DNA from: a bacterium
Lineage (GTDB): Bacteria > SAR324 > XYD2-FULL-50-16 > G965216635
Length of the DNA stretch: 64,000 nt
NCBI GenBank assembly: GCA_965216635.1
Contig: OZ244188.1
Location: 1,376,001 to 1,440,000, forward strand
Direction: 5' to 3'
Of the stretch, positions 37,550-48,180 are shown piece after piece; position 1 is the stretch's first letter, and every line of letters begins with the position of its first letter. The notes beneath the pieces were generated by a model. The model was not told the origin of the DNA. It saw only the letters and a program-made list of their open reading frames with translations, and did no database searches. Both the position numbers and the translations under genes were made by a program.

Positions 37550-38702
37550 CTCAGCTGGTATTTCCTTTTCTGGTATTCCCTTTTCTGGTATTTCCTTTTC
37601 TGGTATTTCTTTTTCTAGGAGAACCCGTCTTACTCCTTTTAGTCAAAAAGTAGAAAATGCAGGAGCGAAAAGCTATACTATCTATAACCACATGCGCATC
37701 CCTACAGTTTTTCAGGGATTAGAAGAAGATTATCACCACCTAAAGAAATATGTTCAAGTATGGGATGTTTCTGCTCAAAGGCAAGTCCAGATTCAAGGAA
37801 AAGATGCTGCTGTCTTAGTGCAAAAAATGACTCCTCGCTCGCTGAAAAAAATGAAAGTAGGAAGGTGTTATTACGCACCTTTAATCAATAGTGAAGGAGG
37901 CATCATCAACGACCCAGTTGTTTTAAAAATAGCAGAAAATTGCTATTGGTTGTCTTTAGCAGATTCTGATATATTATTGTGGACAGCTGGTTTAGCAGAA
38001 GGGTTTGGAATGGATGTAAATCTATCTGAGCCTGCTATTTTCCCCTTAGCAGTGCAAGGACCCAAGGCAGAAGACTTAATGGCATCTGTTTTTGGAGAAG
38101 TTGTGCGAAAGATTGGTTTTTTTCGTTTTCAGCACTTACCCTTTCAGGATACTTCTTTTATTGTTGCCCGTTCAGGTTGGAGCAAGCAAGGAGGCTTTGA
38201 GATTTATCTTTCCGATTGGAAACTAGGAGAGACTCTATGGGACGTCCTTTTTGAAGCAGGTCAATCTATGAATGTGCGTGCAGGCTGTCCTAATCACATA
38301 GAAAGAATTGAAGGCGGGTTGTTATCTTACGGCAACGATATGAGTCCAGAAAACACGCCTTACGAATGCGGAATGGCTAAAATATGTGATGCCGAAACAA
38401 TGCAATCCTGCATTGGAGGAAACGCCTTGCAAAAAAGAACTTTACAAAAACCCCAACAAGAAATTCGCGGTTTTTTCATTGAAGGAAAACCAGTGCCCAA
38501 CTGCAGTTTTGCTTGGCAAGTTTTTGCTGAAAATAGACGAGTGGGACAAATCACCTCTGCGGTCTGGTCACCAGATTTCAAAAACAATATAGCAATCGGA
38601 ATGATTCAAGATTCCCACTGGGAAAATGGAACTTGTGTTGTTGTCCGAGCCCCTGATGGAGATAGACAGGCTAAGGTTTGCTCCCTTCCTTTTGTAAAAT
38701 AG
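37539..38702 (+). CDS. dmdA: Dimethylsulfoniopropionate demethylase (GcvT family)
   Basis: SRR.R.TPF...YTIYNHM..P...DYHHLK..VQVWDVS.QRQV, ARSGWSKQGGFEIY, IERIEGGLLSYGND; N-terminal GISFS x4 repeat. Confidence 0.85.
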   Translation: MANNSAGISFSGIPFSGISFSGISFSRRTRLTPFSQKVENAGAKSYTIYNHMRIPTVFQGLEEDYHHLKKYVQVWDVSAQRQVQIQGKDAAVLVQKMTPRSLKKMKVGRCYYAPLINSEGGIINDPVVLKIAENCYWLSLADSDILLWTAGLAEGFGMDVNLSEPAIFPLAVQGPKAEDLMASVFGEVVRKIGFFRFQHLPFQDTSFIVARSGWSKQGGFEIYLSDWKLGETLWDVLFEAGQSMNVRAGCPNHIERIEGGLLSYGNDMSPENTPYECGMAKICDAETMQSCIGGNALQKRTLQKPQQEIRGFFIEGKPVPNCSFAWQVFAENRRVGQITSAVWSPDFKNNIAIGMIQDSHWENGTCVVVRAPDGDRQAKVCSLPFVK

Positions 38703-38778
38703 ATAGAACCCTTCTGCTTTTCCATTCTACTGCATTTTTAAATTTCCAAAAACTAGCTTCTTCACATCTTTCTTTATA

Positions 38779-38817
38779 TAGACCTTTGAATTTCGCCAAA
38801 TAAAACAAAACTAGCTA
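38779..38817. mobile_element. MITE left arm fused to the OMP promoter region
   Basis: TAGACCTTTGAATTTCGCCAAATAAAACAAAACTAGCTA. Confidence 0.7.
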
Positions 38818-38941
38818 GAAACAGAAAAAAAGGGTGCCAATAGCCAATAGGATAGCTTGACAAGAAAATTTTTTTTTGCAATTATTCTTTATAAAGGATA
38901 AGCAGAAAAAATAAAAAACCGCCAATAGCCAAAAAAATATA

Positions 38942-38970
38942 TTGACAAAATTGTTTTTTTATGTTAATTT
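38942..38970 (+). promoter_or_regulatory. Sigma70-type promoter (OMP copy 4)
   Basis: TTGACA, 17 bp (T tract interrupted by G), then TAATTT; GCCAATAGCCAA upstream. Confidence 0.6.
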
Positions 38971-39004
38971 TTATTTTAATACTAACTTTTAATTACAAAT
39001 AATT

Positions 39005-40408
39005 ATGAAAAACATAAATTCCCAAGTTTTAAGGAAAACTTTTGCTGTTCGTTTCGTTTTGGCTCGTTTTATTTTGGCTCGTTTTACTCTGGTTCGTTTT
39101 ATTTTGGCTCGTTTTGTTTTGGCGGCTATTCTTGTTCCCGCTCTTCTTATAGGAAGTGCTTTTACTTTTGGAGGCAGCAATCTGCAAGCACAGGCGGTTC
39201 AGAGTAATACAAAATCGGGATTTTTCGCTGGTTTTGTCTATCTAAATGGTTTTAAAGTAGATAGCAGCACTAAAACCACTGGAGTCACTAATGCTATTAC
39301 TACTATTACTGGTACCACCAGAACATCCTATGAGGTTGGTTCAGCTATCACTACTAGCATAGAAGCAGACGCTTCTTCTGTATTTAAGAATGCTCAGAAA
39401 GCTGGAATAGAAGCTCTTGTAGCGGCAAACTGTGAAACAGGAGCATCAAGCATTGTTGCAAACGATGGAACCTATGATATTCATATTCCAGACCAGATTG
39501 TTGCTCTGGGTTCTTTTGATGTAGGCACAAGAGCTGCTGTAGGTGCCACGCAAACTAACTTGAATGATGATGGCAATGTATGGACTTTGAATACATGTTC
39601 CGATTACTTTGATTCTAATGCTTTAACCGATGCTGATTTTGCTGATTATCAAGTGCCCGACGCTACTACAGTGCAGGGTTCAATAATATCAACAACAGAT
39701 ACAGACACCTTGACAACAACAACCAACAAGAGCGATAAACTCTCAGGCATTGGTCTGCAATTCGGCTGGCGAGGGGAAAAATGGAGAGCCTCCTTGACTC
39801 ACTTTACTGGTAAAGGGGGAGCTAACGAGCTCGTCAATACAGTAGTTATGGCGGATTATTTTTTTAACGAGGATTTTTTTGTAGGAGGCGGTCTAGCGAG
39901 TATGAAGCTTACCAATTCTACCAATGGCTCTACCAGTGCATCTGCTATTAGCCCAGCTATCCAAATCGGCTATAAAAAGAAATTAACCTCCAACCTATCG
40001 CTTAATTTTGGCTTGAAGAAGTATATCTCGGGGGTTTCTCTAAAAAGCAGCACAACTCCGACAACTACTCCCTATACTCCCGACCCTATTTCAAATCCTA
40101 CTGGCACTACAACAAACCCCTTGCCCCCTATTAAACAGAAGCCAATAGAAGGAAGGGAAAAATCAGTAATGATTGGCATTCAAATTTCAGATCCCGATAA
40201 TGTCACTTTAAACTCTCTTTTTCTTAACTCTAATGTTGATTCTAGAATAGAAGCAACCCAATCTGGAAGCAGAACCGTTACTATAGAAGAAACTATTGAG
40301 ACTGGCACTACAACCACAACAGAAGGAACAATAGAAACAACCACAGAGAGCGCTGCCGAGCTCAAAGCACCCCTCGTCATCAGCATCTCCTTCCATTTGA
40401 GTTTTTAA
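39005..40408 (+). CDS. Variable outer-membrane beta-barrel protein, copy 4
   Basis: Leader, barrel strands and KAPLVISISFHLSF end as in copies 1-3; loops largely different. Confidence 0.8.
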   Translation: MKNINSQVLRKTFAVRFVLARFILARFTLVRFILARFVLAAILVPALLIGSAFTFGGSNLQAQAVQSNTKSGFFAGFVYLNGFKVDSSTKTTGVTNAITTITGTTRTSYEVGSAITTSIEADASSVFKNAQKAGIEALVAANCETGASSIVANDGTYDIHIPDQIVALGSFDVGTRAAVGATQTNLNDDGNVWTLNTCSDYFDSNALTDADFADYQVPDATTVQGSIISTTDTDTLTTTTNKSDKLSGIGLQFGWRGEKWRASLTHFTGKGGANELVNTVVMADYFFNEDFFVGGGLASMKLTNSTNGSTSASAISPAIQIGYKKKLTSNLSLNFGLKKYISGVSLKSSTTPTTTPYTPDPISNPTGTTTNPLPPIKQKPIEGREKSVMIGIQISDPDNVTLNSLFLNSNVDSRIEATQSGSRTVTIEETIETGTTTTTEGTIETTTESAAELKAPLVISISFHLSF

Positions 40409-40852
40409 GAAAAAAAAACTGAGTCCTAGCCCCACATTAAGAAATTACTGGAGATATTAAGGGACATTTTTTTAGCAATTATTTCTGTAAATTGCAGAGG
40501 ACACTCTTGATGAAAAACTGTACAGGGTTAAACTTATGGCAATCGCTTTGAGAAAAAGTTGTGCCACTGGTTGAATAAGCAAAAGATGGGTCCTCGTATT
40601 CCCGCCCACCTGTAATGAAAGGCTCCCAAAAACTGCCTGATTCAAAAATAGTCTTAGTTTGTTGCATCGTAGTCCATTTTATTAGATAGTCTTTAATTTG
40701 ATTTCACGGCATCTTTGTAGTACAATTTTGCGGGTGATACTTTTTTGGAACCTAATATAAAATAAAACATTTTTTTATTTTAATCTTTGGTTTATTTTAC
40801 TTGCTATTTTTTTTTATTTTTGCTAACTATATATACTATAGTCTTTAACACA

Positions 40853-41179
40853 ATGAGCCCAGCAAATTATAATTGTTTAACGAAGCATATTTATAACAAA
40901 GTCTTTGAATCTTTTGAAAAATATGATCCTAATCTGGTAGAGGCTGATTATAACTTGGATAGTGTCAGCATCTGTTTTGGTGATGGCACTCGCTTTGTGG
41001 TCAATCGTCAACCGCCCGTAAAACAACTTTGGCTTGCTACGAAAAACAAGGGCTATCATTTTGATTATAACGAAAAAACAAAAGAATGGGTTTGTAATAA
41101 AACCCGAAGGAGTTTCACTGATGTTTTTAATGAAAGTGTTTCTCAAATGATCAAACAAACTTATAAAATTGAATTATGA
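40853..41179 (+). CDS. cyaY: Iron donor protein CyaY (frataxin)
   Basis: VVNRQPPVKQLWLA...GYHFDY.....W; ATG40853 chosen as start. Confidence 0.88.
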   Translation: MSPANYNCLTKHIYNKVFESFEKYDPNLVEADYNLDSVSICFGDGTRFVVNRQPPVKQLWLATKNKGYHFDYNEKTKEWVCNKTRRSFTDVFNESVSQMIKQTYKIEL

Positions 41180-41691
41180 AAAAAATAAAACTAGGGTTAG
41201 TGCTCGGTTTGTTGTTTATGAGTGCTTTTCCAGCAATAGCTGCTCAAGTGAACTTTGTAGTTGTTGATTTACAAACGGTGATTAATGGATCTAAAGCAGG
41301 CAAGGATTCTATTTCTCAGTTAAAAAAAAAGTTCCAAAATGATGAACAAAGTCTTAAAAGTCAAGAACAGAAAATACAAACTTTACAACGAGAATTACAG
41401 CAATCTTCTCTTTTAAGCCAAACTGCTAAAGTGAAAAAACAGGAAGAACTTTTTAGGATTCAACAAATTTATACTAGAAATAAAGAATTTTTTTTTCAGA
41501 AAGTGGGGCTAGAAGAAAAAAGGCTTAGAGATAAAATTTTAGGCGAGGTCAGAATTTTAATAGAAAAAATCAGTAAGAAAAAAAAATACGACTATGTATT
41601 GGAAAAAAATATTGAAAGGTTTATTTTGTTTAGTAAAAATAATATAAAAGATATTACTCAGGAAATCATTCGTGAGTATGATAAACAATAA
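41176..41691 (+). CDS. skp: Skp/OmpH periplasmic chaperone
   Basis: Signal peptide, VVDLQ.V...S.AGK, coiled coil, YDYVL, DITQEII; precedes fabZ. Confidence 0.85.
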   Translation: MKKIKLGLVLGLLFMSAFPAIAAQVNFVVVDLQTVINGSKAGKDSISQLKKKFQNDEQSLKSQEQKIQTLQRELQQSSLLSQTAKVKKQEELFRIQQIYTRNKEFFFQKVGLEEKRLRDKILGEVRILIEKISKKKKYDYVLEKNIERFILFSKNNIKDITQEIIREYDKQ

Positions 41692-41693
41692 AA

Positions 41694-41937
41694 TAGACCT
41701 TTGAATTTGCGTTATGTGACGGCTAGGCAAGGCGAAAAAATTTTTTAGCTCGTAGGAATACTCAAGTATTTCAAGAGTTAAAAAATTTTTTCAATGGCGT
41801 AGTAAAAAACACTATAAACCTTGCATTAAGCAAGAATGAACTGTGAAACAGCCCTTTGGCTGTTTCACAAATAGTCCATAAAAAGCGTCAAGCAATAAGC
41901 TTGTTTTGGCTAAACAGAATGCAAATTCAAAAGTCTA
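41694..41937. mobile_element. RPE-like MITE, long copy
   Basis: TAGACCTTTGAATTTGCG...GCAAATTCAAAAGTCTA. Confidence 0.85.
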
Positions 41938-41944
41938 TAAAATT

Positions 41945-42370
41945 ATGAATGTGCAAAAATACCTCCTACACAGATATCCCTTTTTACTTGTAGATTCTGT
42001 TCTGGAGAGGACAAAAACCCGCTGTGTTACTTTAAAAAATCTATCCTATAATGAAGAATTTTTTCAAGGTCATTTTCCGGGAGTTCCTATTATGCCGGGT
42101 GTTTTAATTATAGAAATTTTAGCACAAACCGCAGCTATTATGGGAGAACAAGAAGAAGGATGTATTCATATGATTGTCGGTGTAGAAAAATTTAAATTTC
42201 AACAACAGGTTGTGCCCGGTGATCAAATTATTTGTACGGCAAATTTGATAAAAAAAAAACTAAATTTATTTTTTGTGGATGGAATTCTGAAAGTAAGAAA
42301 ACCTGATAGTACTGAAAAAATCTGTGCTTCGGGCACTATTAAGTGCGCTAAGGTTTTTAAGAAAGATTAA
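41945..42370 (+). CDS. fabZ: 3-hydroxyacyl-ACP dehydratase
   Basis: HRYPFLLVD, FFQGHFPG.PIMPGVLIIE..AQ. The ORF-track start at 41906 is MITE-derived. Confidence 0.95.
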   Translation: MNVQKYLLHRYPFLLVDSVLERTKTRCVTLKNLSYNEEFFQGHFPGVPIMPGVLIIEILAQTAAIMGEQEEGCIHMIVGVEKFKFQQQVVPGDQIICTANLIKKKLNLFFVDGILKVRKPDSTEKICASGTIKCAKVFKKD

Positions 42371-43142
42371 AAAGACTGGCATTTTGTTGTAGGTGCTTTA
42401 AATCCACTGTGCCGATGATAATACTAGAGACAGCAGTGTTTTTCAAAATAAAATTAATATTTTTCTTTAAGATTTCTTTTTTTTTTTCTTCATCTTTTGC
42501 AGTAGCTAGATAGCCACTTTGAAAAGCCTTTTTAATTAAAATTCCTTTTTTTTCTTTTTGAGCTAGCTCAATAATTTCCTTTTCCGCACGGTATCCTTGA
42601 TTGTAGTGAATCATAGCTAAATCAGATTTTTTTAAAGCAGCTAAGCCTCCTTTGAGAGTTTTACTGGACATGCCGTAAGCTTTCAACAAGCCTTTTTCTT
42701 TGAGTTTTTTTAGACAAGTGAATGCCTCTGAAATTTTCTCTTCGTTTTTCCCATTGGAATGCAATAAGACTATATCCAAATAATCAGTTTGCAATTTTTT
42801 TAAACTTTGTAAAACACTTTTTTCAATAGCTGCTGCAGAAAAATTATAAATGGATTTTCCGCCTCTGAACTCCTCTCCTGCTTTAGTAGATAATACCCAA
42901 TTTTTCCGCCACCCTTGTAATAACTTGCCAAGTCTTTCTTCGCTTGTACCATAAGCTGGAGCAGTATCTAAAAAATTGATTCCTAAGCTATGTGCTTTTT
43001 GGAGTAATTTTTTTAAATCTTTATCACTGGGTAAATCAAATTTATGAGGATATTTTACTTGTGTGTTTCTGCCGAATTTTACCGTTCCTAAACCCATTGT
43101 AGAAACAAAAATTTCACTGTTTCCAATTTGTCTTTTTTGCAT
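42357..43142 (-). CDS. Aldo/keto reductase
   Basis: GLGTVKFG, GINFLDTAPAYG.SE, STK.G, SL..LQTDYLD..LLH. Confidence 0.9.
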   Translation of the reverse strand: MQKRQIGNSEIFVSTMGLGTVKFGRNTQVKYPHKFDLPSDKDLKKLLQKAHSLGINFLDTAPAYGTSEERLGKLLQGWRKNWVLSTKAGEEFRGGKSIYNFSAAAIEKSVLQSLKKLQTDYLDIVLLHSNGKNEEKISEAFTCLKKLKEKGLLKAYGMSSKTLKGGLAALKKSDLAMIHYNQGYRAEKEIIELAQKEKKGILIKKAFQSGYLATAKDEEKKKEILKKNINFILKNTAVSSIIIGTVDLKHLQQNASLFNLS

Positions 43143-43197
43143 TGGACTGCTTTAATAGAGCTGTTGTTATTTTTATATAAATAGTTTAGTACAAAGG

Positions 43198-44319
43198 TTG
43201 TATATATTCAATACAGATAAATCAAAAATGCACAAAACTGTTCCTCCTTATATTGATTTTGCGATAATTCCTCTAGCAAATATTCTGCTAGCATTCGTTG
43301 TTTCGGGATTGATTATTAGTTTTACTGGAGAGAATCCGATACAGGCACTGGCTATAATGCTGAAAGGAGCCTTTGGTTATAAAGAAGCTATCGGTTATAC
43401 ACTTTACTATACAACTAATTTTATATTTACAGGTTTGGCTGCTGCAGTTGCTTTTAGAGCAAGTCTTTTTAATATAGGCGCAGAAGGACAGGCTTATATT
43501 GGAGGTTTAGGTGTGGCTGTTGTTATGCTTGCACTAGATAGATTTTTACCATTTTATTTGTTGATTCCGCTTGGTATCCTGGGAGCTGCTCTTTTTGGCG
43601 CTTTGTGGGCTTTTATTCCAGCTTGGTTGCAAGCCTACAAAGGAAGTCATATTGTGATTACGACCATTATGTTTAATTTTATTGCTTCCGCTTTAATGGT
43701 CTATCTTTTAGTGCATGTCCTTATAGAGTCAGGACAACAGGCTCCTAAAACAAGAGCTTTTGTAGCAGAAGCGCAGATTCTGAATATCGGCACAGTATTA
43801 AATTTTTTTGGAATAAGTATAGGTAGCAATCCACTCAACCTATCTTTTGTTATAGCTTTACTTTTGGCTGGGGCGGTTTGGGTCTATATTTGGAAAACTC
43901 CTTGGGGTTATGAATTAAGAGTGTCTGGAAAAAGCGAAAAGGTATCTATTTATGCTGGAATTCCTTTCAAAAAAATGACAATCATCACTTTGATGATCTC
44001 TGGGGCTTTGGCTGGAATGATGGCAGTCAACGAGATTATGGGGGTACATAATAAATTGATTTTAGAATTTACTGCAGGTTATGGATTTACGGGAATAGCG
44101 GTCGCTCTAATGGGTAGAAATCATCCTTTGGGAGTGATTTTTGCGAGTCTTCTTTTTGGATTTTTATACCAAGGAGGAGCAGAACTTTCTTTTGAAAATT
44201 CTAATATCACTAAAGAAATTGTGCTCGTTATCCAAGGGCTTATTATTCTTTTTTCAGGAGCTTTGAGTTTTATGCTAAAACCCTATATTGAAAAAATTTA
44301 CTTTTGGTTGAGCAGCTAA
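43198..44319 (+). CDS. Nucleoside/sugar ABC permease (NupB-like)
   Basis: LFNIGAEGQ, VITTIMFNF, GFTGIAVALMGRNHP; real start may be ATG43228. Confidence 0.85.
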   Translation: MYIFNTDKSKMHKTVPPYIDFAIIPLANILLAFVVSGLIISFTGENPIQALAIMLKGAFGYKEAIGYTLYYTTNFIFTGLAAAVAFRASLFNIGAEGQAYIGGLGVAVVMLALDRFLPFYLLIPLGILGAALFGALWAFIPAWLQAYKGSHIVITTIMFNFIASALMVYLLVHVLIESGQQAPKTRAFVAEAQILNIGTVLNFFGISIGSNPLNLSFVIALLLAGAVWVYIWKTPWGYELRVSGKSEKVSIYAGIPFKKMTIITLMISGALAGMMAVNEIMGVHNKLILEFTAGYGFTGIAVALMGRNHPLGVIFASLLFGFLYQGGAELSFENSNITKEIVLVIQGLIILFSGALSFMLKPYIEKIYFWLSS

Positions 44320-44349
44320 AAAAATTACTCTCTAATATTTTATACAACA

Positions 44350-45318
44350 ATGCAAGAATTATTTTTTTTATTCGTTCAAGTTTTAGACGCCTCTATTAGA
44401 TTGTCTGTACCTCTGATTTTAGCCTCTATTGCAGGATTGTTTGCAGAAAGGAGCGGTATCGTAGATATTGGACTGGAAGGAAAGATGCTCTCTGCCTGTT
44501 TTGTTGCTGCCGCTTTAGCCTCTTTGACTGGCTCTGTTTGGTTGGGTCTGTTGGCGGCTATTTTTATTTCTGTAGCGATAAGTATGTTGCACGGATTTGC
44601 CTGTATTACTCATAAAGGTGATCAGATTGTTAGCGGGCTAGCGATAAATTTGCTGGCATCTGGGCTGACTATTGTTATCTCTATTGCTGTTTTTAAGCAA
44701 GGAGGTTTTACTCCTAGTTTAGGAGATACTGCAAGATTTACTTCTATTGTTTTTCCTTTATCAGAAATTTTAAGCAATATTCCCATTTTGGGAGTGATTT
44801 ATAAAGAGCTTATTTCAGGGCATAATATTTTAGTATATTTTGCTCTTGTAGTTCCTTTTTTAGCCCAGTTTATAGTTTTTAAAACTAGATTTGGTTTAAG
44901 ATTGCGTGCAGTAGGTGAAAATCCTTACTCTGTAGATGCTGCCGGTATTTCGGTTTCCTTTCTCAGATATAGAGCCTTAATTTTTACAGGAATTTTAACA
45001 GGTATAGCGGGAGCCTATATTTCTACAGCTCAGAACGCGGGCTTTATTCGCGATATGACAGCAGGACAGGGCTATATTGCTTTAGCTGCTTTGATTTTTG
45101 GGAAATGGAAACCCTACAACGCACTCGGAGCCTGTTTCTTGTTTGGATTTTTGGATGCTCTTGCTATTCGTCTGCAAGGAATTAGCTTTTTTGGTATAGT
45201 AGAAATTCCACTACAACTCATCCAAGCTATACCTTATATTTTGACAGTGGTTTTACTAGCGGGATTTATTGGGAAAGCCATTCCTCCAAGGGCTATAGGA
45301 CAGCCTTATATCAAATAG
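44350..45318 (+). CDS. Nucleoside/sugar ABC permease (NupC-like)
   Basis: ERSGIVDIGLEG, GLRLRAVGENP, G.GYIALAALIFGKW. Confidence 0.87.
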   Translation: MQELFFLFVQVLDASIRLSVPLILASIAGLFAERSGIVDIGLEGKMLSACFVAAALASLTGSVWLGLLAAIFISVAISMLHGFACITHKGDQIVSGLAINLLASGLTIVISIAVFKQGGFTPSLGDTARFTSIVFPLSEILSNIPILGVIYKELISGHNILVYFALVVPFLAQFIVFKTRFGLRLRAVGENPYSVDAAGISVSFLRYRALIFTGILTGIAGAYISTAQNAGFIRDMTAGQGYIALAALIFGKWKPYNALGACFLFGFLDALAIRLQGISFFGIVEIPLQLIQAIPYILTVVLLAGFIGKAIPPRAIGQPYIK

Positions 45319-45603
45319 AGACTTTTGAATTAGCGTTCTGTTTAGCCAAAACAAGCTTATTGCTTTTACTCTATACAGGCTTTAGCAAAAGAGCCACTGG
45401 TTCTTTTGCAGTTTATATTGTGTCAGCTTTAAGTTTTGTAATGCATTGCACTACGCCATTAAAAAAAAAATTTCAACTCTTGCCATTTGTGAAGAAATGC
45501 TCTTCCGTATTGCTGCGAGCTAAAAATTTTTTTTGCACCTGTTCTAACCATTTGGCTAGCCGTCACAGCTAGTTTTGTTCTATTTGGCAAATTCAAAGGT
45601 CTC
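45318..45603. mobile_element. RPE-like MITE, long copy (reverse orientation)
   Basis: GAGACTTTTGAATTAGCGTTCTG...GCAAATTCAAAGGTCTC. Confidence 0.85.
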
Positions 45604-45702
45604 AAATAATCGGTTTTTCCTTAAAAACTTCCAATTTACTGCTCTCAGCTGTGGTGCTTAAAGCACAAATTGAAACTTTTTTTAAGGAAAAACACCAAAA
45701 AA

Positions 45703-46956
45703 TTAAGCAAGTAGGTCTTTGAAATCGGGGAAAGAATTAGAAAATTCTTTTACTTTTGCTGCTATTTCTTTGAGCCTGCTTTCATTGTTGATGTTTTCTA
45801 ATACTTGATGAATAAAATCGGCTACTTGTTCCATATCCTCCTCTTGCATCCCTCTCGAAGTCAGTGCTGGGGTTCCTAAACGAACTCCACTTGTTACCAT
45901 TGGGCTTCTTTTTTCATTTGGAACTGTGTTTTTATTGGTTGTAATATAGCATCTATCCAAGGCTAAAGAAGCGTCGTTTCCTGTAATTTCTGTTTCGGAT
46001 AAATCCATTAAAATCAAATGATTATCTGTTCCTCCAGAGACCAACTTCCATCCTTTGTCTACTAGGGACTGAGCTAAGGTGTCTGCATTTTTCACTACAG
46101 AATTCATGTAATCTTTAAAGCTAGGGTGGAGCGCTTCTTTAAAGGCTACAGCTTTGGCAGCAATAATATGGCAAAGGGGTCCTCCTTGAATACCGGGAAA
46201 AATTTTAGAATTTACCTTTTTTGCCATCTCTTCTGTGCATAAAATCATCCCTCCTCTTGGTCCTCGCAGTGTTTTATGCGTTGTTGTAGTCGTGAAGTGA
46301 GAGTGCGGAATAGAAGAAGGATGGTGTCCTGTAGCTATCAGTCCTGCAATGTGAGCAACATCACATAATAGATAAGCCCCTACTTCGTCAGCGACTGCTC
46401 GGAATTTTTGAAAATCTATTACACGCGGATAAGCACTAGCACCGGCAACAATGATTTTGGGCTTTTTTTCTTTTGCTACTTGCATAAGTTGGTCGTAGTC
46501 AATTAAATGGGTTTGTTTATCCACACTGTAAAAACAGCTGTTAAAAATAAAACCAGAAAAATTTACTTTGGAACCGTGAGTCAAATGTCCTCCGTTGGAC
46601 AAATCCATTCCCAAAATACAGTCCCCTGCTTTCAAAATGCTAAAGTAGACCCCCATATTTGCTTGCGAGCCAGAATGAGGTTGCACATTGACGTGCTCTG
46701 CTTGAAACAGTTTTTTTGCTCTATCTATGGCTAACTGCTCGGTAATATCTACATTTTGGCAACCCTCGTAGTACCTTTTATTTGGATAGCCTTCGGCGTA
46801 TTTATTCGTCATCACAGAAGCTGTAACTTCTTTGATCCTAGGAGAAACAATGTTTTCAGAAGCAATTAGTTCTAAATTATCTATTTGCCTCTGCTCCTCT
46901 TTTTTAATTGCATTATGCACTTCTGCATCTATTGTTTTTAAGTTTGTGTTGTCCAT
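45703..46956 (-). CDS. glyA: Serine hydroxymethyltransferase
   Basis: [34 protein letters not shown]. Confidence 0.98.
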   Translation of the reverse strand: MDNTNLKTIDAEVHNAIKKEEQRQIDNLELIASENIVSPRIKEVTASVMTNKYAEGYPNKRYYEGCQNVDITEQLAIDRAKKLFQAEHVNVQPHSGSQANMGVYFSILKAGDCILGMDLSNGGHLTHGSKVNFSGFIFNSCFYSVDKQTHLIDYDQLMQVAKEKKPKIIVAGASAYPRVIDFQKFRAVADEVGAYLLCDVAHIAGLIATGHHPSSIPHSHFTTTTTHKTLRGPRGGMILCTEEMAKKVNSKIFPGIQGGPLCHIIAAKAVAFKEALHPSFKDYMNSVVKNADTLAQSLVDKGWKLVSGGTDNHLILMDLSETEITGNDASLALDRCYITTNKNTVPNEKRSPMVTSGVRLGTPALTSRGMQEEDMEQVADFIHQVLENINNESRLKEIAAKVKEFSNSFPDFKDLLA

Positions 46957-47016
46957 ATTTTTATTTTTTGTTATTTAAAAAAATTACCAATTATTTCGGA
47001 AAAATAGTTTTTTTTC

Positions 47017-48114
47017 TTAAAATTCAATCATTTTTAAGACAGATTTACCCAGATCAGTATAAGCATTTCCAGCGTCTATAATATTGTATTTCACGCCAAA
47101 ATTTTCATTTTTATCTTTTCTTTCCCATGTAGCACCTGCCCAACTATGATCTTCTTGTTTTAGTTCATATATAGGCTTTGAGTGTTTTTGTGAAACTGGG
47201 ATTAAGGTATTAAAATCCTGTATTCCCATAAGGCGATAAGGAATATCATAGTCAACAGAATTTTCAAAAATTTTTTCGTCTATTATCATATCATTTTTCT
47301 TTAGCGAAGAGACTAACACATCACTTACAATATTTTTTATTTTACTCGCCCATTCTTGATAGGCTTTTGCCATTTTTTTTTGTCTATCTTCTCCTTCTTT
47401 AATACTTTGAGGAGTATAAATTCTATAGTTTTGAGATATGAAACCAAGCATTTTAGGATTATTTTCAGGCAACGAATCACTATCTCTTCCTCTAAAATTT
47501 TCTAGATTTTTCGACCATTTTGGTAGGAAATTACTTAGTGAATCAATAGCTTGGTAACAGTAAAAGTCTGGTGACGTGGGAATTATAAAAAAATCAGAAC
47601 TCATAAGTATGCAATTATTGGTTGTAGAAACACTGGGACTTGTATCTATAATGACAATGTCTATTTTGTTTGAATCTGCTATTTGTCTGATAAGTTTATT
47701 GATAGAAGTAATAAGAGGTTTTAATAAGGGAATGGAATCACTACTCGTTAAAGCAGTTGCTAGTTGGGTGTCCATCTCTGCAAATCTTATATTTCCAGCA
47801 AGAATAAACAAATTTTCTTTTTTTGTTTTCGTAAAAGGTAAATGAGTATTCCTATAAGTAGGAGTTTCACTTGATAATGCAAAAATAGGAGCTAGACTAT
47901 TAAAAATATCTGTATTTTGCTTGCTATCATAAAATTTAAACAGAGTATCGTGTTCTTCTATTCCAAGTGTCAATCCTGTCAAATTGCATTGAGGGTCAGC
48001 ATCTACAAGCAAAACTTTTTTACCTAATTCAGCTAATTTCCATCCTAAATGAAAAGTTGTTGTTGTCTTACCTACCTCTCCTTTATTATTAAATAGTGAT
48101 ATAATTTTTGTCAT
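47017..48114 (-). CDS. Orphan ParA/AAA_31-family ATPase
   Basis: FNNKGEVGKTT, VDADPQCNLT, IDTSPS; ATG48114 chosen as start. Confidence 0.85.
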   Translation of the reverse strand: MTKIISLFNNKGEVGKTTTTFHLGWKLAELGKKVLLVDADPQCNLTGLTLGIEEHDTLFKFYDSKQNTDIFNSLAPIFALSSETPTYRNTHLPFTKTKKENLFILAGNIRFAEMDTQLATALTSSDSIPLLKPLITSINKLIRQIADSNKIDIVIIDTSPSVSTTNNCILMSSDFFIIPTSPDFYCYQAIDSLSNFLPKWSKNLENFRGRDSDSLPENNPKMLGFISQNYRIYTPQSIKEGEDRQKKMAKAYQEWASKIKNIVSDVLVSSLKKNDMIIDEKIFENSVDYDIPYRLMGIQDFNTLIPVSQKHSKPIYELKQEDHSWAGATWERKDKNENFGVKYNIIDAGNAYTDLGKSVLKMIEF

Positions 48115-48180
48115 TGTAGTTGTTGTCAACTTGTAGAAATTTTTTGAATTTATGTTTTAAGATATTAATTTTTTTTGTTT

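Noticed and set aside
40479..40667. 62-aa minus-strand ORF after OMP copy 4
   Set aside because: No recognisable motif. It may be a fragment but cannot be supported.
45360..45572. 70-aa ORF, and similarly 60010-60261
   Set aside because: Lies within or runs into MITE sequence, with no independent coding evidence.
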